A stretch of 63,674 nucleotides of DNA, filler included, from Perkinsus olseni (lineage: Eukaryota): assembly GCA_013115125.1 (NCBI GenBank). It is 25 parts of 25 records of this genome, joined end to end, with 100 filler letters (N's around TTAATTAATTAA, not from the genome) between each part and the next. Parts side by side here need not be neighbours in the genome. Positions count along the whole stretch, not along the records: positions 10,419 to 12,913 come from JABANN010001562.1; positions 13,014 to 15,508 come from JABANN010001563.1; positions 15,609 to 18,095 come from JABANN010001564.1; positions 18,196 to 20,681 come from JABANN010001565.1; positions 20,782 to 23,267 come from JABANN010001566.1; positions 23,368 to 25,851 come from JABANN010001567.1; 19 more parts are not named here. One strand, written 5' to 3'. Shown here one piece after another: positions 11,850 to 24,379 of the stretch (positions within the stretch are counted from its first letter, which is position 1; each line of letters opens with the position of its first letter). The notes under the pieces were generated by a model. That model was not told the DNA's origin and ran no database searches. It saw nothing but the letters and a program-made list of their open reading frames with translations. The position numbers and the translations under genes were made by a program.

Positions 11850-12661
11850 CTAAGTCTCTTTCCCCGCTTGCACAGCATCCGTTTGCACAGCATCCGTTTG
11901 CACAGCATCCGTTTGCACAGCGTCCTCGCGAAGCGACTGTGACGTCTGCGTAGAGCTTTCTGAAGTCTCCGCGACACAGAAGAGTCTTGTTAGCACGTCA
12001 ATACCCATGGTACACAACCTTTTAACCGAGTCCGCCGCATCAGCCACACTGTCGATGCACTCAGCGTAAGATCTGGTACGTTTACGTGTACGACTATCGA
12101 AGCCTCCATCAACCGGATCTACTCGAGCATTAGTATCGACCGTCGAGTTCCCACCACCGAGAGTGGACAATGGTGAGACATCGGCACCCATGAAGTCTGG
12201 TGCTGCAGAAGCCGATGCCGTTGCATCAACTGCAGCCATAGCTTTCTGAGCCGCATCCTCCAATGCCGATAAACTTGACGATTGTGGAGTAGACGGGGAG
12301 CCTTTTGACGCTCGACTTCGTAACTCCTTCTCTGCTTTGGCCCTAACCTCTTCTGGTGCAGGTCGCTTCCTCTGCTTCCAATTCCTCACAAAGACTAATA
12401 CTTGTTGCTCGGTGAAAGAAGCTCGGAGAGGAAAGGTGCCGGCGTCCCTCATAGTCTACAGTGAATCACTTCCCTACAGAGTGCCGCCCCCAATATTACT
12501 ATTATTTTGTCGACGAAGGCCTTGAGAGTGGTCTGCTTCTTCTCCAATCCTTTGGTGGCCTTCTCCCAGTCCACGAAGCTCTGTAGAATGTCGAACCTCT
12601 CGTTGGGACTCAGGCTCTTATCGTCAACGGAGTAGGTTAGTTGCCCGGAAGGGACGTTCAT
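11850..12661 (-). CDS. Probable Harbinger second ORF (Myb/SANT-like DNA-binding partner); exons 12661-12500 and 12455-11850
   Basis: A 44-nt GT-AG intron (12499-12456) joins the two ORFs in frame; FTEQQVLVFVRNWKQRK helix; lies next to the transposase. Confidence 0.65.
11870..11920. repeat. 15-bp tandem repeat GCACAGCATCCGTTT, about 3.5 copies (coding DAVQT)
   Basis: Seen directly. Confidence 0.9.
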
Positions 12662-13605
12662 TAAAAGTTCTGTTTTGAAACAAGAAACTACGCGACCAAA
12701 TTCCCTTAGTAAGTGTAATACACTGACAACGCGACATACAATCTTAGACCATGATAAAGCTGAGCGAAAACATTGCTCATCTGTGTCGCATGCTACGTGG
12801 AGGTAGTACTACTGCTGTCATGGCTAGTAATCCTGTAGCTGTATCAAAAGCACTTTCGACTGTCCTCATAGCTTTGGCTGTCGCTCGATATGTCCCCACA
12901 CATCCCTCATCTANNNNNNNNNNNNNNNNNNNNNNNNNNNNNNNNNNNNNNNNNNNNTTAATTAATTAANNNNNNNNNNNNNNNNNNNNNNNNNNNNNNN
13001 NNNNNNNNNNNNNTGGCGCGCGACGATTTGTACGTACAGATGTCAATACGTACGGATGAAAATACGTACAGATGTAGGGCTACGCATTTGAATGAAAGTT
13101 TTTACTGATGCTTAATGGTAAGCCAGGAACTGAAATTCAGTTACTGAATAATGGTGGAGTTGACACCCTCATTGCACAGGCGGCCTGTGACAGGCCCTTA
13201 CCCAGCCCCTGGTCAGCGCATTACTGATGATACCCTGAGACGGTATTTCCTATTGACGGGGCCAACTGTGACTGTCCATTCACACCGCTGCTACATCCCT
13301 TCAATAGCCTTCTTGAATGCCGCAACTTATGTTCCCGAACTTCCCGTCAACTCTCGCTCAAGTGGTCATTGTTCAACTCAACATCGGAAACGAGCCTACA
13401 ACCATTCCGGACAAGGCAAAAAGAATGGATCTCGAAATAGGTATTGTATTATAGCTAGTTTAGAAGAGTTTCTCAACAATTGTAATCTTAAACTTTGGTG
13501 TCAAGAATCGATATTATCAATCATCCTCTTAGGATCATACACTCCGCTGTTGCTTTTCATAAATATGACAACAAGGTATGTTGATCAGCTAACTGATCAT
13601 ATGGA

Positions 13606-14037
13606 TCATTTTTCCAACTGGTAGAGATCATACCCAACGGTCGCGGTGGGCACATTCAAGAACTGATTGTTAGAACTCATATAGCAGCCACTAAGGAAGG
13701 AATCGCCGTAATAACCGTTCGAATCCTCAACAATTTGGCGGCATGGGTCCATCAGCGTCACGTTACTGCTGCCGTTAGCAATATTATATCCACAATCGTA
13801 TTGCCCTTTGCGTAGGCGACCTTTGATAGCGGTTATGAATACCCTCCCACTCTGCTGCCTGGTGAACTTGAAGTTCTGGATAGCTGGTTCCTTACTCGAA
13901 GAAGAGTTCAGGGCGTACGTCTTGTCGATAGGAGCTCCGAGTCGACCAGAATAATCCTCCTTATCGCCGAGGAAGACTTCAGAATCACACTCCGCGACAA
14001 CGAAGATCAAGTACAGACTAGATAGGCGCAGGTACAT
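13606..14037 (-). CDS. Small secreted hypothetical protein, intronless
   Basis: 143 aa; signal-peptide-like N-terminus MYLRLSSLYLIFVVAEC; spaced Cys residues. Confidence 0.6.
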   Translation of the reverse strand: MYLRLSSLYLIFVVAECDSEVFLGDKEDYSGRLGAPIDKTYALNSSSSKEPAIQNFKFTRQQSGRVFITAIKGRLRKGQYDCGYNIANGSSNVTLMDPCRQIVEDSNGYYGDSFLSGCYMSSNNQFLNVPTATVGYDLYQLEK

Positions 14038-15608
14038 TGAGAGAAGGTAGACATGCTGAAGTGGTTGATCTTCAAACCCTCAAACTCGGACTGTCACGCC
14101 ATCAACGAGGGTGCAAAGACTGCGAAATTTCAGCTAATCGCTGGTCTCCTGGTCTCCGAATGGATCCTAAAGATAGGGTTATAGAATTTCGTTCAAGTTT
14201 TTCGGATAGGGAAGCACCCTCGGAGCGGTCTCGGCATGCCTTTTTTTAGAAAGCGGGTACTGAATTGTCCATCATACCTATGCGTGAGTTATTCGTTAAC
14301 TGTCGAGACATGCTATCTTGCGCGGAGCCCTGTGTTCACAGCCGTTCATTCGGGCAGGCGTGCAGTGGGTGTTCAGTCTGAACAGCTCAGAAAATCTTGT
14401 CCAGCTGATGATAAACTTTCCATGTAATTCCATTGGATAGCGAAACACGTTCCCCCGTGATGGCCGCAGGCGTGCTCACAGCCGGCAGAGCATCCTTCAG
14501 AGGGATGCCTGAATCTTGGAACCCATCCGAGGTGAAGAGACAATCTCAATGGTACTGTGCGGTCAGCACAAAAGCTGACAAATATCGTTCCGAAGATTGG
14601 AAGATGAATGTCATGCTCGCTTACGCAATGAAGATTTGGTAATGAGGTGTGATGTAACATCACGTTTTTTTCTTCCACTGATTAACCACATGTCCAGGAG
14701 TTCAAGTTCATTCGTCAGCAGGGCCATAGGGTTACTTGTATTTTTCTATATAAGTCGCCTACCCAAGGGTAATAAAGTTGCGGATACGAGCTCCAACGAA
14801 TCAACGGGCAACTCAGAGTACCTTGACCCTGAAGGATTTGTGTTATCAATTCGGTAGGGGTTCCAACGGTTGTTATGATGAGTCTTCCTGGCAAATGGAT
14901 ACCAGTAGGGTACTCTCCAGTAGTGGCATTCTCTCGTACTACATATCTCTTGTACTCTTAATGGGCAACTCTTAGCAGAGGTTCACCACGGCTGTACAGC
15001 GGTTCACACAGATCGTTATTTGCCCAAGAGTTCCGCTTCCGTCCACATAATTCGGACGCGAATTCAAACGATCTGGTCAGGTAAGCTTGAGCTGCTCAAC
15101 TTAAGGCACAACAGCCTGGCCTGTATCTATATCCTCGCGATGAGTCATGGTGATCGAAGAGTAATTCAAAAAATGCAACATCGTTTCTGTACGAAACCAC
15201 CCTTCTGATGCACTCCCTCGGTCCGAAAAACCGTTTTGTGCCAATTTCTACATGCAAGTTGCGTTCTCTTCATCTCCATGGGTCTCAAGTCTTCTCTGTC
15301 CGAGGCCGAACGTGCCACCAATGGTGGCCCACCATCGTACTACGATGGTTGTAAAGATGAAGAATGAAGGCAGTCTAAAGATGAAGTGGGGGGGGGGGGG
15401 GGGGGGGGGGTGGGGGGGGGGGGGTTTTTTTATAAAAAAAAAAAAAAAAAAATTTTAAAAAAAATAAAAAAAAACACACAGGGTGAAACCCCCGGGAGTT
15501 GGAGTATGNNNNNNNNNNNNNNNNNNNNNNNNNNNNNNNNNNNNNNNNNNNNTTAATTAATTAANNNNNNNNNNNNNNNNNNNNNNNNNNNNNNNNNNNN
15601 NNNNNNNN

Positions 15609-15609
15609 G

Positions 15610-15674
<65 letters not shown>
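15609..15674. repeat. (GTT)n microsatellite at contig edge
   Basis: Seen directly. Confidence 0.95.
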
Positions 15675-16666
15675 GATTGGTTGGTGTTGTTGTAGATGGT
15701 ATTGAGCGTAATCTTCTAGGCAGCTCAATATTATGTAATATCATATTTATTATCATACTTGGATTATAGATACTATCGTTATTATCATCAAGTTTGGTAG
15801 ATACTGCAACCATAGGGACTGAGGATGTAAACCTGATGATCATGAAGGGTAGTAATAATGAGCATTCATTAACTGTCTGATGTTTCTAATTGAAAACGAC
15901 TAAACGACTGCTGCTGTTGTTGTTATTATTACTACCTTGTTTTAGACAATGTCTTCTTCAATCTATTCATCATAGTATTTATCTTCTTATCACGTATTTG
16001 TGATGGTATCAAGTCCACTTTATTCAACACTATCATCAACTGTGGTGCTAGTATCTCTGCTATAACTAAGCATTCTGCTGTTTGTGTTTGTATACCTTTG
16101 GTAATGTCAATAACCAACATACATATATCAATTATTTGCGCACCACCAATAATTGTCCTAAACAACAACAACAACAACAACTAGTTGTAGTAGTGGTGGT
16201 ACTGTGATGTCATAGACAATCATTAGTACCTTATTAATGATGCATGACCAGGACAGTCAACCAAGCAGAATTGTATACTATTGTATCCTTCAGATAGGAA
16301 TGATTGTGGTAATGTTGATGATGATGACGCCAACTAATATTAGTACATTATATATTACATGATAACAACACTACTACTTCGTCGGTATCCTCGTTGGTAG
16401 TAGTACCATCACGTCCTTGTTGTTGTTTAACTGTAAATGAGGAGAATCCTAGATCAATAGTTATACCTCTTCGGACTGATTGTGGATTCTTATCAAGTGA
16501 TGCCGTGCTGGCAACCTACCACCACTACCATCATCATCATGATTAGTTTCCTTCTTGTTGTTGGTGTTCCTGTTATTACCTGTGTTAATGCCCTACATAA
16601 CGATGTTTTACCACAATCAACATGCCCCAATACACCTATATTTATATTACACCCACTATCAGTCAT
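15675..16666 (-). CDS. EEFSEC: Selenocysteine-specific elongation factor (EFSec/SelB), N-terminal G domain, multi-exon, 3' partial
   Basis: NINIGVLGHVDCGKTSLCRALT, DKNPQSEERGITIDLGFS, LVDCPGHASLI, RTIIGGAQIIDICMLVIDITKGIQTQTAECL, VLNKVD. Confidence 0.9.
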
Positions 16667-16930
16667 AATGATGACAACGAGGGGCAACTACTATTACCAT
16701 TAGACAGCCGTCGCCGCCGCCGAAAGCGGTTTCTAACAATGATGAACTAAGAACACAACACTGGAGTATACAAGGTAGGCAATAGGAGAGACTATTATCA
16801 TCTGTTATCATTATCGTTGCGAGCCACAACAACATCATCATCCTAACCATCGACTGAGGTACACAGATGATAAGAATACTACTCTTATCATAATGGGCAT
16901 CATCATCTTCTACTCACCGTCGTTGGTAGT

Positions 16931-17753
16931 TTACTTGAGAGCCTTGCCACCTCTGAGGAGACCAGTCCTTCTAGCAGCGATAAGACCAACCTTCTGACCG
17001 GCAGGAGCACCACGTGCAATAGTAGTAGGATGACCAACATGCTGATGGTTTCCACCACCATGAGGATGCTCAACAGGGTTCATAGCAACACCTCTAACCT
17101 TAGGCCAGCAGTTCCTCTTAACACGATACTTATGGAAGTTGTTACCAGCCTTAAGGACGGGCTTATCGAGTCGTCCACCACCAGCGATGATACCAATCAT
17201 AGCACGGCATTGACTGTTAACAGTCTTACGAGCGCCAGATGGCAAACGGATACGAGTCTTACTGCCATCATCAGAGTGTCCAACAACGATACCAGAAGCA
17301 CCACCAGCAGTAGCACAGGTACCACGATCACCGATCTTCTCTTCAATATTGGAAATAACAGTACCCTCAGGCATCTTACCGAGGGGAAGGACATTACCAA
17401 TAGAAAGAGTAGCGTTCTTACCGAAGTACACGAACTGACCAGTATGCATACCCTCAGTAGCAACAGTCAAGATCTTCTGGAGACCGAACTTATAAGGGTT
17501 ACGGAAGGCGATACGGGCCATAGGGGCACCACGACCAGGGTCATGGATAATCTCCTGTACTAGACCCTTGATGTAACCATGACGCTGAACAAGAAAAAGA
17601 CAGGGAGAATTATTGTTAAAGATATGATACTAAGATGGGTATTACCTCAGCATAGTCCACGGCACGTAGCTTAGAAGCTCCCTTACGATGCTTGGTAACG
17701 GCCTTGAAGATTCCTCCACGACCCTTACGTTGTCCACGAATTACGCGTCCCAT
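16931..17753 (-). CDS. RPL8: 60S ribosomal protein L8 (uL2); exons 17753-17646 and 17584-16931
   Basis: [11 protein letters not shown]..., [33 protein letters not shown]; 61-nt GT-AG intron in phase 0. Confidence 0.97.
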
Positions 17754-18195
17754 AGTGTTAGGCGGGTTGGATGAATAACAACGAAGATGATTATAATACC
17801 CTACCTACAACGACAATAACAACATGTATAACAACATCCACAACCACGACAACATCAGTGCCAACAGCATCGCCTCTCCGGCTCGACACAGTCGGGTGCC
17901 CCTCCAAAAGCGTGATCGATTATCGTCAGTTTACATGCATAATGCAAGAATAGCGCATAATTGTTATCATCACCATCATCATGCTACTACATTCAGACGA
18001 TTATATTATTCAGATTATACTGTAGCAATACTATTATTCACTGAGAAACACAGTAATAATAATCCCTTTAGCAATACTATTATTCACTGAGAAACNNNNN
18101 NNNNNNNNNNNNNNNNNNNNNNNNNNNNNNNNNNNNNNNTTAATTAATTAANNNNNNNNNNNNNNNNNNNNNNNNNNNNNNNNNNNNNNNNNNNN

Positions 18196-20570
18196 CAGGT
18201 AATAGCCGCAGCGATGAAACCACCAGCCGAGAGCTCCTCGTACTTTGCGGTTGAGATGCAGGAGTGGCCCGCCCCAGTGTCGAGGAGCCCCTTCAAGAGG
18301 CAGGACGCCGGTGTCGAGGAAGAGGACGAACTCGTAGATCTGGAATGGATAAACATAGAGAACTGATACTGGTCACTTGAGGGAGATCTCTTGTACTCAG
18401 AGGCAGTACAACCGAGGGGCGTAGTAGAGAGTTGGCACGTTGAAGACTTCAACTTGAAGTGGGCGCCAAGGTAGCACAATCGTCTTCAATGTCGAAGGCT
18501 AGCTGCTGGATACCTCCCGTATTCAGATCTGGGCCGCCTTTCTCTTGGGACTTGTCGTTTTTGCAGTAGGGGGTGAACTTGAAAGAGGTCTAGGCTTACC
18601 GAATTCATCCTTCCACGGATGTGGACATATACCGGCAGTGTGTCCAGACTCTCGGCACCTTTGACAAACTATATCCACGGGTACATCACAACTTGGGAGT
18701 GGATGACGTCGACCGCAGCGAAGACAGCGACGCTGCTGATTCTCGGGAACTGGTTGTCGGCATTCCCGGGCCATATGGTTCGGTCGACTGCAACGTCGGC
18801 AGCTCGGCTTACCATTTGAGAATTGAGCAACAGTGGAGCCGTCCTGATCGTCCTCGACATAAGTATCATACCACGGTCATCTTCTTGGCGACCTCGACCT
18901 GATACCGCCAGCTTACGACGACGCTGCCGATCCTCGAGAAGCATTCGGCATGTAAGTCTCTGGTAGGAGTCCAACTGGAAGGTCCTTGCAAAATCTCGGA
19001 GAGCAGGTACAACCTTGGTGAGAAGGCTTTGCTTAGCCAGCTCGGGTGTCATAGGATTGCCCACGGCTGAGAGTGAGCGGAGGCCGGCTTCGAATCTCTT
19101 CAAGAACTTTGAGAAGTCTTCCCCCTGAGACATCGTTAGGCCATTCCAGTCGTCCATGACCTTGGATAACTCAGCGTCAGGGTCCATCTTACCCTCCAAA
19201 CTTGACCATAAGAGTCCAACCAGATAGGCATAGGAAGACCGGTAAGGGGCGGGGTGGGGTAATGAGAAACCTTCTATGATATCGGCTTCTATAGAACGTC
19301 TGATATAATAGTAAGCAAAAACCTCATCACCGCTGATGTTCTCTTGTATTCTCGAGCGTACGAGAATCAGCGGCCGGACATCTTCGGCGCCTCTATACGG
19401 GCCACCCATGATAAGGGGGGTACCATTAGCCTGCTTCTGGATGTTGCGGACTTCTTGCATATTCAGACACTTCTCGTTGGCCGTACCCGCTCCAGGGAGA
19501 CTATTATAATGGGACACACCGGACGGGACGCCCACAGGCGGTTGACCTGGGTGTAAGCCAGGGATGCTCGGATTGCACGACTGTAGGCCTCCCAATTGAC
19601 CTAGAGTATACAACGGAGCAATAGAAGAGTGGACATTGTTTGCATAGCCCATATTGGTCGGGTAGCCACAACCCAAGAATGGGGTAGGCGGTAAGGGAGA
19701 GTAGGGACCTTGAACTTGTGCTGGAGGACGTACCATGATTCCATTTTGATTAAGCTCAGGGAAGGCGGCCCCTGGGGCTTGACCGTAAGGGAACGAATAT
19801 CCAGACTGGCTGGGTACGATAGAAACGGCAGGACTGGGCGACTGTCTATAGGGGGCTGAGAACGTCGAGGCATAGCCGGGTATCCCATTAGGCATGGGAG
19901 CCAGACCGAGCGTGGATTGACCAATAGCGCTCGGAACCTGACCGTTCACTGCTAATTGGTAACTACCGAATCCTTGCCCACGTATAGCAGCTCCGTCAAC
20001 AACAGCAGCCGCACTGCCTGAATCAGGCAGTTGAGTCGACTCTTGGGAGGTTGGACCACTAGCTTGAGGGCCTTGAACATGACTGACGGGGATACTTGGC
20101 ACAGCCGCCGCCCGGGCAGGATCGATAGAGGCCTGAGTAGTAGCTGGTTGGTGGGGGACTGTTCCATCCAAATCGTTATCAGCTGTCTGGATAACGGCCT
20201 CGGCCATGTGGAGAGTGTCTTCCAACTCAGGAACCTCGATGCCGTTAGGGAGGTCACCAGCCTCCAGTGGCGGGGACAACGACTTCAACACCCTTTCGGG
20301 ACCACCTGGCACGGTCTCATCCGAGAGCCGCCATACTGACTTAAAATTCGCTGGGATCCACGCTCCCAGGTAGTGATGACCGTTAATTTCATGATGGGAT
20401 ACCTTATCGCCCAGTAGGCTACTAGCTGCTGGTCCCAAGAGGACGTCTACCAGAACAAAGAGACCATTATGGACTTCATCCTTCTTTACTACACTGGCTT
20501 GAACATATCTTTCCTGGCCGGGGATACGGATATATCGGTAATATGGTAATCCACTTGAAGTTGCAACCAT
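18196..20570 (-). mobile_element. LTR retrotransposon gag with three Zn knuckles and aspartic protease, frameshifted
   Basis: Gag capsid-like QGEDFSKFLKRFE; after a 1-nt shift near 18870: CRRCSRPNHMAREC, CLRCGRRH..C, CQRCRESGHTAGIC; protease LLDTGAG at about 18270. Confidence 0.8.
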
Positions 20571-20781
20571 GACAGATAACTTATTATAGTTTCAGATCCC
20601 GGTAGAAGATGTGGTACTCGGTAGAACCCGTAACTCTTGATAACGTAACACTCAAGACAGATAGAGATAATAGATTGGTTCNNNNNNNNNNNNNNNNNNN
20701 NNNNNNNNNNNNNNNNNNNNNNNNNTTAATTAATTAANNNNNNNNNNNNNNNNNNNNNNNNNNNNNNNNNNNNNNNNNNNN

Positions 20782-21633
20782 GTACGCATCCTTATGGTCC
20801 CCGCGCCACAGGAGGTATTGGCGGTTCTTGACATTGTACGCCGCGTCAGCCCGATACGCGGCTTGTGCTGTGTTGACTAGGCTGTCGATGTCGTCGAGAT
20901 AGAGATGCTCATCGATAACACACATGTCGTTGACCTGTGATTGAGACGGGTCGTCGATGGCTCTGGTTTTTGTCGCTTCTGGTTTAGGGAATCGGTGGCT
21001 GTACAGCCACTTGTCTCCGAACTTTAGAGCCATTGCCCGCTCGTCGAGCGGGCCGAGCAGCTTGTGGTCGAGCGCGTCTTGTTGTGCCTGGTCCCACAGC
21101 GTTTCTGCATATGGGCCATCGCAAGCCCTCGCCAGCTTGTCGAGCTCCTCTCTTCTCTTGGGTGCTTCGTCGAGTGCTTGTTCCTTGTCGAGGTGTCTGC
21201 CTCGTGGGTCTTGCCTCGGCCTGTACACACCATTGCTGGTCAGCCGCCCTGTCAGCCTGAACCCTGCCGTTATTTCTGCCACCAGTGTTGTGTCTTCGTG
21301 GTTGCAGTGCTTGAGCATCTCGTCGAGTAGGGCCAGGTTCATATGTTGTATTGCGTGCTTCACCTCTGGCGCAGCTCCCGCGATGATCTGCTCGTTTCGG
21401 GTCTGGACCTCAGGGTCCCGCGCCCTCCTCTCCCACTGCCTCATGGCGTGCTCGCGCTTGGCGGTGATGGTAGCCTCCTCTTTGGCTATGCTTAGGAGTA
21501 GTTCGGAGACTTCTGCATGGTCCTTCTTCACTCCCAAGGTCGGCCGGCCCTGTGCTCGGGCGTTATGTATGTGTTGCTCGATCTGTGCTAGCCTCTCGCT
21601 TGGAGGCGAGTTAGCGCCTCCAGGGTCGAACAT
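20782..21633 (-). mobile_element. DIRS/Ngaro-like reverse transcriptase, N-terminal part
   Basis: GFRLTG, LLGP, RFPK..KTRAIDD..VN, WRGDHKDAY; visibly homologous to 44219-45304. The tyrosine recombinase is not within the contig. Confidence 0.75.
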
Positions 21634-21663
21634 TTTGTAGTCGGCGGGGCCCCCGCATAACCG

Positions 21664-22998
21664 TCAATGCTTGGACTGCTGATTGCCGGGCTTGCCTCCT
21701 GCGTTTTGAGCTTGCTGACGCCTTTGATGGTCTCCTTGGCTTGACGTACCCGACCCCGCCGCCGTGGTCCTTCCCTGGTCATGGGGCTGCTGTTTTTTAT
21801 GCTGGGCCGTCCCGTGATATTGGGACCTGCATAGACCACACCTATGGTGATACCTGCAGGTTCCATTTCCTTTGGGGCAACCCCTAGGGCCTTCTCGGCT
21901 GAATCCTAGGCAAAGTCCCTCTCTCATGGCTACCTGCCGCCATCCCTGGGTAGCCCTCGTGTTTGGTTGCCCCGCTTGGTGCAGGGTTTGCCTTCTCACC
22001 AATGTTCTCGCCTGGTCCAGGACGTGTAGGTCTAGAAAGCCATCCAGGGTGGCCTGTCGCCTGTCATCCGTCAGCACTTGTGCTGCCCATCTCTTACGTG
22101 CCATCGTGTCATAGTTGATGGCGGTTTGCCAGCCGTCACTCGCGGCGATCTTTGTGACCGTACCGACATATGTGAGCATGTGCCCCAGGTTCCAGTGTCC
22201 GCTCAGAACATAAGCCAGTCCCATTGCCATCATGGATATAGAGTTGATGGCACCCTGATCTTGGCCGCCAGCCGGGCCGGCAACCGCCGGGAGGAATTTT
22301 TTGAGTTCGACGTACTCCGGTGGGGCCCCACCCTTACCTTTCCTTTTGAGGCTGAGTATGCGCTTCATGACCTGCTTAGGGGGGAGCGACTCGGGGTTGA
22401 TGGGGCCAGCGATCTGCTTCAACTCCTCTAGCTTGTTGGCGATCTGTTCATCTGCCTGCTCATTATCCTCGTCTTCGCCGGCCGTGAGGATCTGGGCGAC
22501 GAAATTCCGTAGCATGGACTGGCCAGTGCCAGTGTGGTCAGCTGATCCCGAGCTTGGCTGGTTCCTGCGAGGTGTCCTTGACCGCGATCTAGATCTGCGT
22601 GTGTCGTCTATGGCGAGGGGCCTTCCCCTCCCCTCGTTGGTCTGTTGTGGGCTTCTAGGCGCGCTTCTGACGGCTTCAGCGTGGGCTGCAGCCGTGCGCC
22701 CGGTTGCCCAGGCCCTGATCTTCGCCGCGAGGAGGACTGACTGTCGGGGGTTTATGCTCGGCAGTAGTTCCTTGCACGTTGCCGGGGTCGTCATCTGTAG
22801 TAGCATCTCGCCGTCAACACCTGCGAGGTCTTCGGTTAGCTTCGCACCGCTGAGGAAACCGAGGTTGCTCATAACCGCCTTGACCTCGTCCTCTGGACTC
22901 GCCAGGGTGATGGTTGTCGGTGTGGGTGCTGAGCTAGGTAACGCTTGCTGCTGGGTCTCCGAGCCGGCGGCGGAGAAGGTGGCTTCCTGGTTAGCCAT
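21664..22998 (-). CDS. Gag-like ORF1 of a DIRS/Ngaro-like element
   Basis: 444 aa; C-terminal CLGF..GC....CRYHHRCGLC...H Zn finger; directly upstream of an RT ORF. Confidence 0.7.
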   Translation of the reverse strand: MANQEATFSAAGSETQQQALPSSAPTPTTITLASPEDEVKAVMSNLGFLSGAKLTEDLAGVDGEMLLQMTTPATCKELLPSINPRQSVLLAAKIRAWATGRTAAAHAEAVRSAPRSPQQTNEGRGRPLAIDDTRRSRSRSRTPRRNQPSSGSADHTGTGQSMLRNFVAQILTAGEDEDNEQADEQIANKLEELKQIAGPINPESLPPKQVMKRILSLKRKGKGGAPPEYVELKKFLPAVAGPAGGQDQGAINSISMMAMGLAYVLSGHWNLGHMLTYVGTVTKIAASDGWQTAINYDTMARKRWAAQVLTDDRRQATLDGFLDLHVLDQARTLVRRQTLHQAGQPNTRATQGWRQVAMREGLCLGFSREGPRGCPKGNGTCRYHHRCGLCRSQYHGTAQHKKQQPHDQGRTTAAGSGTSSQGDHQRRQQAQNAGGKPGNQQSKH

Positions 22999-23377
22999 GC
23001 TGGTGTAGGAGCCTTACGGTAACGCCCTGACTCAGTGTACTGATTATTTATACACTAGCGCAACACGCTTCCCTCAGGAAAGTTTCCTGCCGTCGGCCTC
23101 CTGCGCGACACCGGTCCCCCTTTCCTACTGTTACGGCTGCCGGTTGTCCTTAATCCTTGCTTCTCCCTGGGAGCCAGCGGTATCCCGCTCCAATAAAAAA
23201 AAATCCATGCGCTACAATGGCCGTGAGGCCGCCGAAACAGTTGGCAGTTCAGTCATACTGCATGTCGNNNNNNNNNNNNNNNNNNNNNNNNNNNNNNNNN
23301 NNNNNNNNNNNTTAATTAATTAANNNNNNNNNNNNNNNNNNNNNNNNNNNNNNNNNNNNNNNNNNNNATTTCTTCTT

Positions 23378-23435
23378 AAAGTTGAGGTTCTGCCTCTCGT
23401 GTTGGGTTTACTAGTGACCGCGTGCCACCCACCGT
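23378..23435 (+). repeat. 58-bp perfect inverted repeat; partner at 25784-25841
   Basis: AAAGTTGAGG...CACCCACCGT and its reverse complement at the two contig ends. Confidence 0.92.
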
Positions 23436-24379
23436 GCGAGGTTCCTCCACTGCTAAAGACCGCTGGATTCAATTACTATCCAGACATTGGAAGCGGATTC
23501 CGGATGGACTCATACGCTGAGTTCGACTTCCGTCTTTCGGTTGCCGCAAGACGAACTCGCCGTCGGTGTTGCGAGGGTGATCATCCCCTGCAACGTTTAC
23601 TAGACATTGACACCAGTGACATGCATTGGCGATTCCATGGGTAGTGGGAAATTCCCACTACCTAGGGCCCCTACCCCGAGCCTCGGGCCCGAGGTTTCCC
23701 CTAGGCTAGGGAGAACCTCGGGGGACTAGGTTTGGTTCGATGAATTGTTCCCGGACAATCCCGGACTCGAGAATGTGGAGCAACCCTACCAAGTTTGTTA
23801 CAAGAATATTCACCAGTTCTTGGGGCCAAATAGAGTGTTTGGTTGATCCCAGACGTCGTCGTATGTTCGAGCTCCACGGTGTCAGTGCCAGTGGCACTGC
23901 TGTGCCACTGCTTGACGTGGAAATATACGACGGTGTATTGTACGTATTGTGCGTTTTGGACCAATGTGGAGTAACTGATGGCTAAGACTTAGCCGACAGC
24001 TGACAGACATTATCTGTCAACTTAGCCGCTCAGTTGGCAGATGATGTCTGTCAGATATAGGATGATGAAATCTGTAATACTCTGCGGGAGCGGAGCCGCC
24101 TCAATCACGCTTCAGCATCTCTGTCGGCTTCCACTGAAAACTCTTCAGTGCCGACGAGGAAGATAAAGATGTGCAGCTGGTGAACTGATGAAAACATTCT
24201 GTGCGGCCGATTCTCACCTGAAAGCGAATCACGTTCTGATAGAACGCCTTATGCGATTGATGCGAAGTATATCCTACAACCCCTCACTGAGGTAGTGGGG
24301 ACGGTTTAGTATACCGGGTATACAGAAGATCTATGTTTCAACTTGGCACCTCCTAGCAATGCATATTGTCAACACTGTG

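Noticed and set aside
15388-15475. Poly-G/poly-T/poly-A tract
   Set aside because: Looks like low-quality read end at a contig edge.
18860-18880. Programmed -1 frameshift in gag
   Set aside because: No slippery heptamer; a 1-nt deletion explains it and further shifts follow.
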